64,000 nucleotides of DNA from a virus. The translations under genes were made by a program, and so were the position numbers. Below the pieces are notes generated by a model, which was not told the origin of the DNA, ran no database searches, and saw nothing but the letters and a program-made list of their open reading frames with translations. The DNA lies in the IMG/VR virus record IMGVR_UViG_3300032087_005679, positions 1 through 64,000 of that record; one strand, written 5' to 3'. This document shows, in pieces, positions 27,249-38,164 of the stretch (its first letter is position 1; every line of letters starts with the position of its first letter).

Positions 27249-29044
27249 TATCTGACAACTCCTATTATGTCTGTGTTTGGATACAAAATTTCTGCCGCTG
27301 AGTCTTGCGGAATATTGAGATATCTCCCGTCAGAGGACAAATTAGAATCTATATCATAACTGTAATTACTATAAAGACCACCTACTACGTTGTATAACTC
27401 AACATTTCTGGCATCTGTAACTCCTGGCACATCATTGAGGAGCCTGAGAATATCTGAAATAAACACGGACTCTCCTAAAGAAAATTTTATATACAACATC
27501 TTGTCGATTAACTTTCTGTTGCACCTTTCTAGAAGATCATATCTATTAACATCAAGATCAGCAATAACCTCATATCGAATTCCGATGTTTATAATTTTAC
27601 CATCCAATATATCAATGGTGTCATTAATCATTTTGTATCTTTCTAGCCAAGTTTTTAGATTTTCTTTCAGGACTAGATTAGGTTGTGCCAGATTTCCATT
27701 ACTATCTTCAGTCAACACGTACATGTTTAAGTTTCTCTTGAGAGAATCTTCGTCTCGCACAACGTTAGCTCTTTTTATTTTTCCAAATTTTGGGTTCATT
27801 CGATAAGCTACGTTTATGTAATCTTCTCTTGTAACAGCACGACTTTGTGATGCAAAGGTCCCAAGAGCACGTACTTTTACTTCGTCAGCACTAAGTGGTG
27901 ACAGATCACCAAGAATTGCATCCTCGTTTTCTACCTCTATAGAACCAAGCATAGTTGATATAACAGTCTCAGATAACAATGATCTGTTGCGAAACAAAAG
28001 ACTTGGACTTATGATGCCCGTTATTGTGCCAACAGAAGCATTTGAGACAGGTGTTGTATTTGCAGTATAACTAATTGTCAAAGTAGTGTTAGTAGGCACA
28101 ACACCGAATTTGTCTGTCTTGATAAGATTAGTAGGATCAAATGTTTCATCTGTAACGTATGGTTTGCCACTAACATTCAGAACAACATCTGCTGGGTCTG
28201 CTAATAAATTTCCAGTAATGTTATCCTCAGACCCATAACCAAATTGAACATGTGTTCTGTTTTCTAAATCATGCTCCACTACAAATCTTCTTGGGACTGG
28301 CTTCAACCTCATTGTATAGGGCACAGTTTCTCTAGAGTTATCGTCTGTGTTTTTTACTTGTGCGACAACTACATCTTGAGATAGGTTATCAACTTCATAA
28401 TATTCATGACCTTGAGAATCTTTGATGGATAATATCTCTGTAATATTTGATCTATCAAGAGTAAGTTTTAAAAATCTTTCGTAGTTACCAACTTCTATTT
28501 GTTCTTGGTAGTTTTGACCTGACATTACTTCGCCAAATGCTTTTACCGCAAAGTATGTTGGGTTACCTGTTGTTTCATCTGTTCTTGCAACAGTTAGCTC
28601 GTTGTTTGGATCAGTAAAATCAACATCAGCTATTAAAGTATATACAGATCCATTTTCACTGCTAAATGTTGATCCTGCTTCCAAAATTGGAAAGTAATTT
28701 AAATCTGGTTCTCTTGAGTTCGATGTTACTGGTACAAGCATATAAATAGAAACTTGCCCTGTTGATTTGCCAGCGCCTTGGTGCTTGTACCCAAGAGTTT
28801 TTGCTAACCTTACAACATTGTCATATCTAATTGCGGTATCTAAGAAACTTTCGTTTGCCTGGAAGTCTGCATAAAACGAAAGTTGATCGCCAACATAAGC
28901 TACCATATCAAGCATCAAAGAACCAAAAGATGCCTCAGTGAAATCTTTAAATGTACTGGGATAATATCTTTTGGCGTAATTCTCTAGATCATTCTTGATA
29001 CTCTCAAAGTCTCTACTAGTATAATTTATTGGTCTCTTAGGCAT
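27248..29044 (-). CDS. Baseplate wedge protein, T4 gp6-like (baseplate J family)
   Basis: INYTSRDFESIK, FYADFQANESFLDTA, LAKTLGY, QSRAVTREDY, LLNDVPGV. Confidence 0.88.
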   Translation of the reverse strand: MPKRPINYTSRDFESIKNDLENYAKRYYPSTFKDFTEASFGSLMLDMVAYVGDQLSFYADFQANESFLDTAIRYDNVVRLAKTLGYKHQGAGKSTGQVSIYMLVPVTSNSREPDLNYFPILEAGSTFSSENGSVYTLIADVDFTDPNNELTVARTDETTGNPTYFAVKAFGEVMSGQNYQEQIEVGNYERFLKLTLDRSNITEILSIKDSQGHEYYEVDNLSQDVVVAQVKNTDDNSRETVPYTMRLKPVPRRFVVEHDLENRTHVQFGYGSEDNITGNLLADPADVVLNVSGKPYVTDETFDPTNLIKTDKFGVVPTNTTLTISYTANTTPVSNASVGTITGIISPSLLFRNRSLLSETVISTMLGSIEVENEDAILGDLSPLSADEVKVRALGTFASQSRAVTREDYINVAYRMNPKFGKIKRANVVRDEDSLKRNLNMYVLTEDSNGNLAQPNLVLKENLKTWLERYKMINDTIDILDGKIINIGIRYEVIADLDVNRYDLLERCNRKLIDKMLYIKFSLGESVFISDILRLLNDVPGVTDARNVELYNVVGGLYSNYSYDIDSNLSSDGRYLNIPQDSAAEILYPNTDIIGVVR

Positions 29045-29061
29045 CGTTTTTTTTCCTTGCT

Positions 29062-29466
29062 TTAACTAGTTGTTGTGTGAGTTATTACTAGATTATCTTG
29101 AGCGTTTAAGGGTAAAATATTATACATAACATTGATCCTAACCTCATTGAAGTGCAGAGATGGATCCTCATCGCTTGTAATAAAATCAACACCTGTAAGA
29201 TTAATAATTGGCATATAGATAGAAATTTGTTCTTTCATTCTGTCTACCACTTGACCGAACGCTGTTTCACTTATGTTCTCAAATAGAAACCTTCGTAGAC
29301 CAACTCCAAACTCTGGCTCCATTATTCTTTCACCAGGAGAGGTCAACAATAACATCTTAAAATTTTGCTTTACAGCATCTAAAAGATTGCTGTTTAACTC
29401 ATACGGACCATAGGTCTTGCTGTAGACTAGTGGTACTTTTGGAGATATGCCTTGTAGTTTACTCAT
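29062..29466 (-). CDS. Baseplate wedge / sheath-initiator protein, gp25 (GPW) family
   Basis: LLLTSPGERIMEPEFGVGLRRFLFE signature; adjacent to gp6. Confidence 0.92.
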   Translation of the reverse strand: MSKLQGISPKVPLVYSKTYGPYELNSNLLDAVKQNFKMLLLTSPGERIMEPEFGVGLRRFLFENISETAFGQVVDRMKEQISIYMPIINLTGVDFITSDEDPSLHFNEVRINVMYNILPLNAQDNLVITHTTTS

Positions 29467-32400
29467 TTGAACTAATTAGTCCTCTAAGATTTATAGTTTC
29501 AGTTCTTATATTTGCAACCCTACTACTGCCTTCAGAATATATTTCAAACAAATTAGTCCTAAAGAAGTCCCTAGCAAACAATTTACCCATTCTTATAGAC
29601 AAGTCATCACTGTATTCTGGCGGATCGCCTGCGCCGCTTTGTCGTGAGGAACGGTCGCTAATGGGAGTATCAGATCCATATTCTAAATTGTATCTATTAT
29701 TTCTACTTTCCCATGCACCAAAGTTACCAAGAAGATATCTTCCATAGACGTTTAGTAGATTGCCAACCACCTCAAAATAAACATCTGTTGTGTTTTCTGT
29801 TGGAACAAACTCATATAGTTCTTGAACTGTTATTCCCATTTCATCTGCTGCATTGATTATTGATCTTACAACAGCTTCGTGTCCATATTTATAAACGTGC
29901 AAATTGTTTTCCTTAAAAGCAGTGATCTCAAGCGCTTCGACTAAAGGATCTGGAGCGTTAGGATCTGGCACTCCTAAATTTTGCAGAAACCCTTCTGCAT
30001 CCTCCTCAAGGTTATCACGCTCGGTTTGAGGTATAAACCTTCCCTCTCCCACACTTCTGTAATTTGAGTCTGTAAATAATCTTCTAAGAGTTGCTGCTTT
30101 AGCAGTAAAATCAGTAACTGCATTATTTCGAACTGACAATGCTTGATCTTGCGGTATTGGCGGAATAAAGTATCTTGCTATTACCCTACCAGTTACAGAT
30201 CTAAGACCCCAAATGCCACTATATAATCTTTCTAATTCTTGCAAATTATTTATGGACAGTAATTGTTGTAGTGAAATTATGCCTGTACTATCAACATCCA
30301 ATCCTTGCAAATAGTCAATTCTATCTAAAACCTGATCTTTAGTATAGTATGTTATAACTCTTGAACCATCATAAGCTGGAACAGATACAGGAAACCCTGT
30401 ATAGATTTCTGAGAATTTGCTTATAAACTGACCTTTTGCGGCTGTAAGCAAATTATCGTCGGCACCAGCGATTTCTACTTCAAACCTAAAATAAGTGTCA
30501 GAATATCTTTCAGCAAATCTTATTGCTCGGTCGTAATAAATCAAATATGAAGCCACCTGAAATGCTACTGGGAAATAATATGCGCCTAATTTTAGCCCTA
30601 AGGGTGTTACATCTTCAACCAAACCTGGAAAACCTTCATCGTTAAATTCGATACATTCAAACAAAAGATCACTTACCTTTTCTCGATCATTTTCAGGAAT
30701 ACCAAAGAATTGAGTTGATCTCGGCGCAGCAGCATCTGCTCTCAGTGCAGACACTACACCCCTATAAAATTTACCTAACATCCTTCTGTATCTTCGTCCG
30801 TTTTCATTATTGGCAGAAAATAATGATAGAGATACTTCTGAGCCTGCGTGTTTTTGTATATTCCTTAACATGCCATACAAAATAGATTCTACTATATTAG
30901 CCATATTTTGCTCTGGTGTATTTGTTTGCAATATTACTGGATTGTTTTCAACGCCATCTAGATAATTTTCGTCATCTTTTTCTAGCCTTGGATAAACTTC
31001 TGAAATCGCAGGTATCAAGCTATAAAAAGCACCTAATATTTCTTTTTGTTCGAGTTCTTTTTTAATATTTCTAGTAAAATAGTCCGACAGCATTCGAATT
31101 GTACCAAGAGACCCCCAGGAAGGATATACAGAAGTGAGCGGTCTCATGTTGACAAGAGACCTTTGCATTCTTGTCTGTATACATTGAATAGCTGATTCAG
31201 CCCTAAATCTAACCTCTCTGTCTAGACATGGCTCGTCAGACTCAGATAAAGGCTTTCTGTTTAGAGCAGAAATATATCTTGGTAAATTTCTTTTACCATC
31301 TCTGAGAACAGCAGAATTATTTATTGTAGAGTCAATCCTTATTGTGTAGTTGTTCATACTCAAACAATCGAAATCACGCTCAAGCGCTGATTTTGTAGAA
31401 TCAGCCGAACTGCTTACATTTGTTGTTGGTGTCCCAATGGAAAAGTTTCCATAAGTATTTTGAAAGTCTATATTTGTATTTAAAGGTAAGACAATATTTT
31501 CGTTTTGATCCAAAGTGCTAACAACAAGTTGATTTCTAGCATCAACCTTTATATTGTAGTTGCCTTCTGTGGAACCTTGTTCTGTGAAAATTCCATAATC
31601 TACGTCCGTCAGGTCTCCTGTTGACCCAGGACGATAAACGCTTGCTTCAAACCTATTGTTATTTGCAATATCAAATTCTGCCACTTTATCAGAATTTCCT
31701 ATAACCTTTTCATAAAATATTCCTATCTGGTTCTGACGAGGTGTTAAACGAGTGTAACCTGTAGAACCCTCATAAGGAATTGAAGTTCTAGAGTCTACAA
31801 AATAATCATACACCACTTGAGATACATCAGATAAAAAGTCTAGTTCATTGTTATTTCGATCACCAGAGAATCTACTTCTGGCGATAGAGGCGTCGGGAAG
31901 ATTTCTTTCTATTCTTTCTTGTAGTTCTGGGCTGCCATGCCTTAAGGAATAGTAAGCAATATCCCAAACATCGTAATGATTTTGAGTAGGGGTTCTATAT
32001 TGAGGAATTGGAATCCTAGGAGGACGAGCCGTTATAAAATTATTTACATGACTCTGTGTTTGGTTCCCAACTGTCTCTATTATATTACTTCCTAGTAGCT
32101 CTGCCACGTCATCCTCGTTTCGAAATCTAGCAGCTTGGTTAGCAACATAAATTTCACCACCATAATTCGCTGGTGTTATGTAATTTGCAAATCTTACTAC
32201 CTGGTTGACTTCCCCAGGCACAAAAGAAGGTCTATAATATACTTGACTAATCGGAACTTGTCTGAGTGTTGGAAAAATTTGAAAAAATAACTCAACACCC
32301 AGTTGTGTGTGGTAAAGATTAAACTCTGGTGGCTTTTCTGGTGCGGGGTCTTTGCCAAATAGGTCATCAAATAAGCTAGCAAGCCAGTTTGCCACATAGT

Positions 32401-35400
32401 TACTCAAGTTAGCTATTTCTCTTAGAAGATCATCGTACCACGTCATAAGAGGAAGCGAAGCAATCAATTCTTCAAGTTCAGTCCTAATCCTTAATGCATC
32501 TCTAAGCCAATCACAAAGATTGTTGATCTTATTTATTTTATCGCTAACTAAGAAACTATATTGTGCTGCTGCGTCATCAACATCTAGTTGTAAAGCAAGA
32601 GGATTTATAAATCCTTCCCTGTCAGCACAATATGCCTCTAATGGAGTAAGACCTCGATCAGAGTTTATATCCCCAGAAAATGCTCCTATCTCTAAAAAGA
32701 AATCAGAAATTTTTTGCTCTGTAATTTCAAAATTCTTATACACATCTGGAACAATGATTACTTCTTCTGGTTCAGCCTCCGCAAACTGTTGATAGGTTCT
32801 AGTATATGTGAACCCCTTAGCTGTTTCTGGGTTTCCTAAACTCTCGTATAAATGTTCCAAGAGTACTAAAGGTGCCTCACCACTTAATAGTTGTTCTGCT
32901 TCCGCTGGTGTTACCATATTGGAGACATCTAATATAAATCTTTTTATTTGCGATAATCTTGGAGGTGTTTTTGTGACTTGTTCGGTGCCATCTACAACCT
33001 CCCTTTTGTAGTTAAAGATGTTTGATTTTTCAGCAGCAGCAACAAGATCGACCTCTGTCACATAGTCATTTATATCTGCAAGACCATAACTATAAAGTTT
33101 TATTGGATCTGAAAGTTGTTCTTCTGGTGTAGCACAACCAAGCACTGCATTCAAAACATCTTTCGCTATCCCAGCGACAACTGATTTCAGGAAATTCAGT
33201 ATGATTGTTTCAATTGCTTTTTGATATAAGTCTGACTGTCTTGTCTTTAGACCAATCATTTTTGTTTTCTTTAGCTCTATCTTGATTGGCTTATCAAGTG
33301 TCTCTCTAACTAGTTGATTCGCAACAGGGGGTGCGCCAACTGGATCTAAGAAATTATCTTCTATAAAGTCACCCAGCACGTCCAAAGAGCAGGAAATCTG
33401 TTCGTTTATATATTTTTCTATATCTCGTCTAGCCCTATTTTGATCGACAAAGTAAGAGTTAGGGTCGTCTGACGCATAAACCGAATAACTCGATAAGAAA
33501 GCTGCTGTTTCAGCGTCTACTATCGCTTCTTGTTTTAGAAGAATTATTGTTTGTCTTATGAGTGACCTAATTTTTGTTTTAGAAGTACTAGCCTGCCAAA
33601 AAGCCAAAGCATATTTAGCTGCTTTAGCTTGACCTGTATCACAATCTATAGTAGATAAAGTCGAAGCAATCCTATACTTTAAGTCTCTTTTAGAAAACAT
33701 CTGTTGATAAAGATTTAGATTTTCCCCAGGTGCAGATAGATCTGTCAACAACTCGAAAACATTCTTTTTCCTCTTGTTAATCAGGTTTAATCTTTTTTGG
33801 TCGAAAGCTCTGTTTGCCTGGATCGCACTTATATCAATAGATGGATAGGCATAGGTACTTAAGAAGTTGAGAACATCTACTTTTCTTGATTGAGAAGTTA
33901 TTACAGATTCGTTATAAATCTCAGATGAGTTGCTTATAAATGAGAAACTTGTTGAAGTCAACAATGAAAAAGCATTCAAAACTCTTAGAACTTCTTCTGT
34001 ATTGTTCAAATAAATTCTGTTGCCACATCCGTGAGCATAAAAATTACCATTGACGCAGATATGGTCTAAAGTATAATCTTCACTAAAATACATCTCCAAA
34101 AGATCTTCGTCTTGTATAGAGATTTGGTTATAGTTGTAAAACAACGCCAATAGATCAAAGAAAGAGTTTAGTCGATCTACTTCTTTTTCTAAATCAATAT
34201 TTGAAATCATGGATGGAGTAATATTACTTTCAATCAAATCTGATTCATAACCCCTTAGGGCGCTTCTTACATAAGACATATCTCTTAGTAATTCTTCGAC
34301 AACAAACTTCTTACTGAATGAGCTTTTGTTAACCAAAATATCATCGGACAGATCACTATGTTTGATTATCCTTCTTGCTTTCTCAAGAGGAGATAAACTA
34401 TAATCTTGGAACGATGGCAAATTCAAATCACTACTTTCGTCTAACGGGAGCAGTGTTATAATTCTAGATGGTATCTTTACTGCGTACATCCATCTAGAGC
34501 CTGGTCTTGTATCTTTAAAAGTCAATAGAGGAAACTTTGTTGGCGGAAATCCGATTTTTCTCGCAACAACATCAAAGTTATCACTAGAATATCGACCAGT
34601 CATCTTTAGTATCTCTCTCAATGCCTTATTCATAAGAGACCGATAATTATCTTTTATCGCTTGAGGAGATGAGTACCAAACAGAATTTATATCATCTTGA
34701 GATATAGGACCACCTCCAAACAGAGTGCCAGACAAAGCAGTAATAATAGATTCTGTTTCTTCATTATTTATTTGTAGTTCTAAAGTCCTTTTCATCTGAC
34801 TCATCGTACTAAGAGTCCCTATGAGATCATTTGAAATATCATTGGTTCTAGCTGTAAAATAGTAATGAGAATCAGCAGAGTTATAATAGGTTCTGTTTGA
34901 CTCGTCCCCTGGTTCGCAATTATTTCTCCAGTCATATAGATCTACATTCGTGTCTGATCCAACATAAGTACTAATATCAGGTGGTAAGTCCAACAAGTCT
35001 AAGCCAACGTCTGTACTATACTGTATGGTTTCAAGACCGAGAGAAGTTCTTAGTTTATTCTTATAGATCCTTGAGTGATTACTCGGTATAGAGATGAGTT
35101 TTGCAATTTCTTCCTCTTGCTGATATTCCCTAAGGTAATATTCTGGAGAAGATAATGTAGAGTACTCTTCAAGAACATCTAGACCATTAAGTCTAGAAAC
35201 TAGTCTTCTTAATTCTCCTAATGATTCCTCAATGCTGATAGGTTGCGGTGTTTGGTCTACCAGTTTTCCATTTTGTGGGTAAAGAGCAAAGTAAGCCCTA
35301 AAATCAGCTAGTGTTATTTCAACACTTTGGTCTTGTATGATCGTTCCAGGTTCTGGAAATTTAAAGAAATAAAGATAGCTTTCATGTATAGCATCTATAA

Positions 35401-35521
35401 TAAATTTCTTTGTTTCATTTCCATAATCGTACTCAACACCACTTCGATAACTATCATTATAGTTTTCTGGAAATGGGTTTACGATTGATTTTTGTCTATC
35501 TGATAAACTTATTATAGCCAT
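29459..35521 (-). CDS. Very large hypothetical protein (2020 aa), probably baseplate hub/virion associated
   Basis: Long ORF between the spike-like gene and gp25; largely helical-looking composition; no recognised catalytic motif. Confidence 0.5.
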   Translation of the reverse strand: MAIISLSDRQKSIVNPFPENYNDSYRSGVEYDYGNETKKFIIDAIHESYLYFFKFPEPGTIIQDQSVEITLADFRAYFALYPQNGKLVDQTPQPISIEESLGELRRLVSRLNGLDVLEEYSTLSSPEYYLREYQQEEEIAKLISIPSNHSRIYKNKLRTSLGLETIQYSTDVGLDLLDLPPDISTYVGSDTNVDLYDWRNNCEPGDESNRTYYNSADSHYYFTARTNDISNDLIGTLSTMSQMKRTLELQINNEETESIITALSGTLFGGGPISQDDINSVWYSSPQAIKDNYRSLMNKALREILKMTGRYSSDNFDVVARKIGFPPTKFPLLTFKDTRPGSRWMYAVKIPSRIITLLPLDESSDLNLPSFQDYSLSPLEKARRIIKHSDLSDDILVNKSSFSKKFVVEELLRDMSYVRSALRGYESDLIESNITPSMISNIDLEKEVDRLNSFFDLLALFYNYNQISIQDEDLLEMYFSEDYTLDHICVNGNFYAHGCGNRIYLNNTEEVLRVLNAFSLLTSTSFSFISNSSEIYNESVITSQSRKVDVLNFLSTYAYPSIDISAIQANRAFDQKRLNLINKRKKNVFELLTDLSAPGENLNLYQQMFSKRDLKYRIASTLSTIDCDTGQAKAAKYALAFWQASTSKTKIRSLIRQTIILLKQEAIVDAETAAFLSSYSVYASDDPNSYFVDQNRARRDIEKYINEQISCSLDVLGDFIEDNFLDPVGAPPVANQLVRETLDKPIKIELKKTKMIGLKTRQSDLYQKAIETIILNFLKSVVAGIAKDVLNAVLGCATPEEQLSDPIKLYSYGLADINDYVTEVDLVAAAEKSNIFNYKREVVDGTEQVTKTPPRLSQIKRFILDVSNMVTPAEAEQLLSGEAPLVLLEHLYESLGNPETAKGFTYTRTYQQFAEAEPEEVIIVPDVYKNFEITEQKISDFFLEIGAFSGDINSDRGLTPLEAYCADREGFINPLALQLDVDDAAAQYSFLVSDKINKINNLCDWLRDALRIRTELEELIASLPLMTWYDDLLREIANLSNYVANWLASLFDDLFGKDPAPEKPPEFNLYHTQLGVELFFQIFPTLRQVPISQVYYRPSFVPGEVNQVVRFANYITPANYGGEIYVANQAARFRNEDDVAELLGSNIIETVGNQTQSHVNNFITARPPRIPIPQYRTPTQNHYDVWDIAYYSLRHGSPELQERIERNLPDASIARSRFSGDRNNNELDFLSDVSQVVYDYFVDSRTSIPYEGSTGYTRLTPRQNQIGIFYEKVIGNSDKVAEFDIANNNRFEASVYRPGSTGDLTDVDYGIFTEQGSTEGNYNIKVDARNQLVVSTLDQNENIVLPLNTNIDFQNTYGNFSIGTPTTNVSSSADSTKSALERDFDCLSMNNYTIRIDSTINNSAVLRDGKRNLPRYISALNRKPLSESDEPCLDREVRFRAESAIQCIQTRMQRSLVNMRPLTSVYPSWGSLGTIRMLSDYFTRNIKKELEQKEILGAFYSLIPAISEVYPRLEKDDENYLDGVENNPVILQTNTPEQNMANIVESILYGMLRNIQKHAGSEVSLSLFSANNENGRRYRRMLGKFYRGVVSALRADAAAPRSTQFFGIPENDREKVSDLLFECIEFNDEGFPGLVEDVTPLGLKLGAYYFPVAFQVASYLIYYDRAIRFAERYSDTYFRFEVEIAGADDNLLTAAKGQFISKFSEIYTGFPVSVPAYDGSRVITYYTKDQVLDRIDYLQGLDVDSTGIISLQQLLSINNLQELERLYSGIWGLRSVTGRVIARYFIPPIPQDQALSVRNNAVTDFTAKAATLRRLFTDSNYRSVGEGRFIPQTERDNLEEDAEGFLQNLGVPDPNAPDPLVEALEITAFKENNLHVYKYGHEAVVRSIINAADEMGITVQELYEFVPTENTTDVYFEVVGNLLNVYGRYLLGNFGAWESRNNRYNLEYGSDTPISDRSSRQSGAGDPPEYSDDLSIRMGKLFARDFFRTNLFEIYSEGSSRVANIRTETINLRGLISSNE

Positions 35522-35530
35522 TTCATTTAC

Positions 35531-36646
35531 TTAGTTTACATTATTATATTTGCTTCTAAAATCATAATATGCAAAAGGATTGCTTTTGCTGTAATTTAAC
35601 TTATGTAGAGCAAAGTTTTTCTGCTGAATTGATAGGTTGATAATTTCAATTGGAAGCCTCTGTATCAAAGATTGCAATTTGATCGCAGATGCAGTACCAG
35701 CACCTGGGATTAGAGACATAACTGCTGTTACCAAAAGCTCCAAAGTAAATGACGTAGAAGAGTGTAAATCAGATATCAAATCAGCTAAGTTATCTAACAC
35801 CGCAGCCAAATCGTCACCCTTGACCATTGGCTGGAGGTCGCTGTCATCATTCCCAGCAATAAGGTCAATCCCCTGAATATTGTCTTTTATCAACATTCCA
35901 GACGCACCGTTATATGAATCGCCGCCAGTAACTAACTTGATACCCTCTCTACCAATCAGTCTAACAGAGTCTGCTTTTATTGCAATCGCAGATCTATTTG
36001 TCAGATTTCCCACTCTACCTTTTGCTAGATTAAAATATTCTTTACCATCAATGTCTGCCCTCTGAGAGATGTAAATTCTAGCTGCGTCAAGTTGTGGGCT
36101 TTTGTTTGTTCTTACTCTTGCCCCTTCACTATTAACTTCTCTTGCTAAGATTCCAGACAGTCCTGCTATTATATCGATACAACCAACGTGAGAATTTGGC
36201 TTTGCACCCTTTCCCTCTTCTTTGGTTCCTGGTCTATCTTTGCCTAAAATTATTATGGAGTTATGTTGACCTTTAATTACATTTTCAGTTTCGGCAACAT
36301 TGTATATTGGATTTGGCTCTATTAATTGTGTCTGGTTGAAGCCAGAATGTGTTCTTCCTTGGTTTGGTCCAAGTTTTTCTTTTAGCTCAACTTTTGTTGC
36401 CGATAATAAAGAATCTGTTATGGTTGGTCTAGTAGGTCCAGTCCCTGGCGGTTGTTGAGGAGCCTGTCCTCTACTTGGCGTCTGTGGTCTTCTCTTGAAG
36501 GATAAGTCCCCCGCTGCGTCATTTGAATATCTTGCTGCTAGCTCTTCGGCTGCTGCTGCGATTTCTGCCTCAGAAGAATTTGGATTATTATATTGCTCTA
36601 GGAACTCATTCAATTCTTCTTGTGATAATTCTCTAGGACCACTCAT
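35531..36646 (-). CDS. Putative baseplate central spike/hub protein (gp5/gpV-like beta-strand repeats)
   Basis: IIILGKDRP, AIAIKADSVRLIGREGIKLVTG, LQPMVKGDDL; position upstream of gp25/gp6. Confidence 0.55.
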   Translation of the reverse strand: MSGPRELSQEELNEFLEQYNNPNSSEAEIAAAAEELAARYSNDAAGDLSFKRRPQTPSRGQAPQQPPGTGPTRPTITDSLLSATKVELKEKLGPNQGRTHSGFNQTQLIEPNPIYNVAETENVIKGQHNSIIILGKDRPGTKEEGKGAKPNSHVGCIDIIAGLSGILAREVNSEGARVRTNKSPQLDAARIYISQRADIDGKEYFNLAKGRVGNLTNRSAIAIKADSVRLIGREGIKLVTGGDSYNGASGMLIKDNIQGIDLIAGNDDSDLQPMVKGDDLAAVLDNLADLISDLHSSTSFTLELLVTAVMSLIPGAGTASAIKLQSLIQRLPIEIINLSIQQKNFALHKLNYSKSNPFAYYDFRSKYNNVN

Positions 36647-37857
36647 TATACAACCCTCCAGAAGCTCATACTCATAAATCCTTTAGGATCTAAGTATTGC
36701 TCTTTGTTTCCTGGGTCGTTGCCAAGAATCCACTCAAGATGTAAGTGAGGTCCTGTAATTCTTCCAGAAGAAGCAGACTGTCCCAGCAAGCTCCCTTTAA
36801 ATACTGGCTGTCCTGCCTTAACAATAGGGATAGCGTTAGGATCTTGTAGGTGACAATACCTCAAGAAAAAACTAACAGGGTCTCCACTTGGTCCATCTTT
36901 TGAGTATTGGTTATATTTTACAAGAACATAGTGACCCCAGCCTGATTCATAATCAATCCTATCGACTATACCATCGAGTGCGGAAACTATAAATGTACCC
37001 TGAGGGGCTTTCATGTCAACCCCACGGTGCATTCTTGTTTTTGCTTCAGTTTCACCTTTAGCCTTTAGTGTTCTCATGCCAAAAGGTGATCCATAAACTT
37101 TATTTTGAGTAATGACAGGCCAAAGTGGCTTTTCACCTGGTGTGTTTGTTCCTGCTTGGACTAATTCACTGCCAGCTGTTGGATTTGTGTATTCAAGCTT
37201 TTTTACTTGTCCGCACTCTTCAATACTTATCTGTTGTCCTGGTTCAGGAAGTGGTGGTAAACTAAGAATACAGTTTTCACCAAATGTTCTCTCAAGATAG
37301 CCTCCTGTTTCCGCCCAGACTTGAGTTACTTTCCCGACCTCTGCGTTGCTGGAAAATTGCGTTCCCGGATGATTGAATTCAACGGATACAACTGCACCAA
37401 ACTTTAAAGGCGCTGCACCTTCAGTTATATTATGAATTACAAGTGGATGGAAATTACTAGTTGGATCAGCTTGATCCATTGGTACAGGGATCCAAAAATG
37501 TCTTGGGTCAGACAATACCCTAACTCTACAAAGTTGTATGTTATCAAAATTTTCTTCGCCCTTGATTGTATTAACAATAGGGGAATGTCTTTCATCCGCA
37601 GATACTACCACTGCATATTTTGCAATCTTTACGCCCTCAACTAATTTAGGAGAGTAAAATTTGCTATACAACCTCTTAATTGCCTTTAGTGGCGAAGTAA
37701 GTTCAGGGTCGTAATACTCTTGCCCTAACGGTTGACCTGCTTCAGACTCCTCTAAGAAGTGCTTAATACCTTGTGGATCAAGTAGATCCTTACCGTAAGA
37801 GGAGTCTACTCTCTTTTTAGGTCCATTTTTTGTGGTCTTGGTATTGTTTGTAGTCAT
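36646..37857 (-). CDS. Tail-associated M23 family peptidoglycan endopeptidase
   Basis: SPFGMR, HRGVD (HxxxD), YCHL, TGPHLHLE (HxH) motifs in the C-terminal domain. Confidence 0.88.
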   Translation of the reverse strand: MTTNNTKTTKNGPKKRVDSSYGKDLLDPQGIKHFLEESEAGQPLGQEYYDPELTSPLKAIKRLYSKFYSPKLVEGVKIAKYAVVVSADERHSPIVNTIKGEENFDNIQLCRVRVLSDPRHFWIPVPMDQADPTSNFHPLVIHNITEGAAPLKFGAVVSVEFNHPGTQFSSNAEVGKVTQVWAETGGYLERTFGENCILSLPPLPEPGQQISIEECGQVKKLEYTNPTAGSELVQAGTNTPGEKPLWPVITQNKVYGSPFGMRTLKAKGETEAKTRMHRGVDMKAPQGTFIVSALDGIVDRIDYESGWGHYVLVKYNQYSKDGPSGDPVSFFLRYCHLQDPNAIPIVKAGQPVFKGSLLGQSASSGRITGPHLHLEWILGNDPGNKEQYLDPKGFMSMSFWRVV

Positions 37858-37858
37858 T

Positions 37859-38149
37859 CTACTCGTTCTTTAGTATATCAAATAACTGATCTTTGTCATC
37901 ATCAGTCAATCCTGTTTGAGTAGAACTGTGATCCTTCTTATAAACTAGGTTGGCTAGTTTTACTAATTGTTCATTACTTCTTTGAAGTGTTTCAACAAAT
38001 TTAGCTGCTGTTCCGCCAGCCTCTGAATATCTCTCTTTAGCGACATTCATATATTCTGTTAGGTTTTCTAACAGTAATTCTGTTTGTTGTCGATCTTTGT
38101 TTATATTATCGAGTGCTTGCTCTATGAGCGAATTAAGGTCTTTTTTCAT
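37859..38149 (-). CDS. Small coiled-coil hypothetical protein
   Basis: 96-aa ORF; late-promoter motif 4 nt upstream. Confidence 0.75.
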   Translation of the reverse strand: MKKDLNSLIEQALDNINKDRQQTELLLENLTEYMNVAKERYSEAGGTAAKFVETLQRSNEQLVKLANLVYKKDHSSTQTGLTDDDKDQLFDILKNE

Positions 38150-38153
38150 ACAC

Positions 38154-38161
38154 TAATTAGG
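38154..38161 (-). promoter_or_regulatory. Candidate phage late promoter CCTAATTA
   Basis: Intergenic, exactly 4 nt before ATG 38149, at the head of the structural block and directly after the sigma-factor gene. Confidence 0.55.
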
Positions 38162-38164
38162 GTG

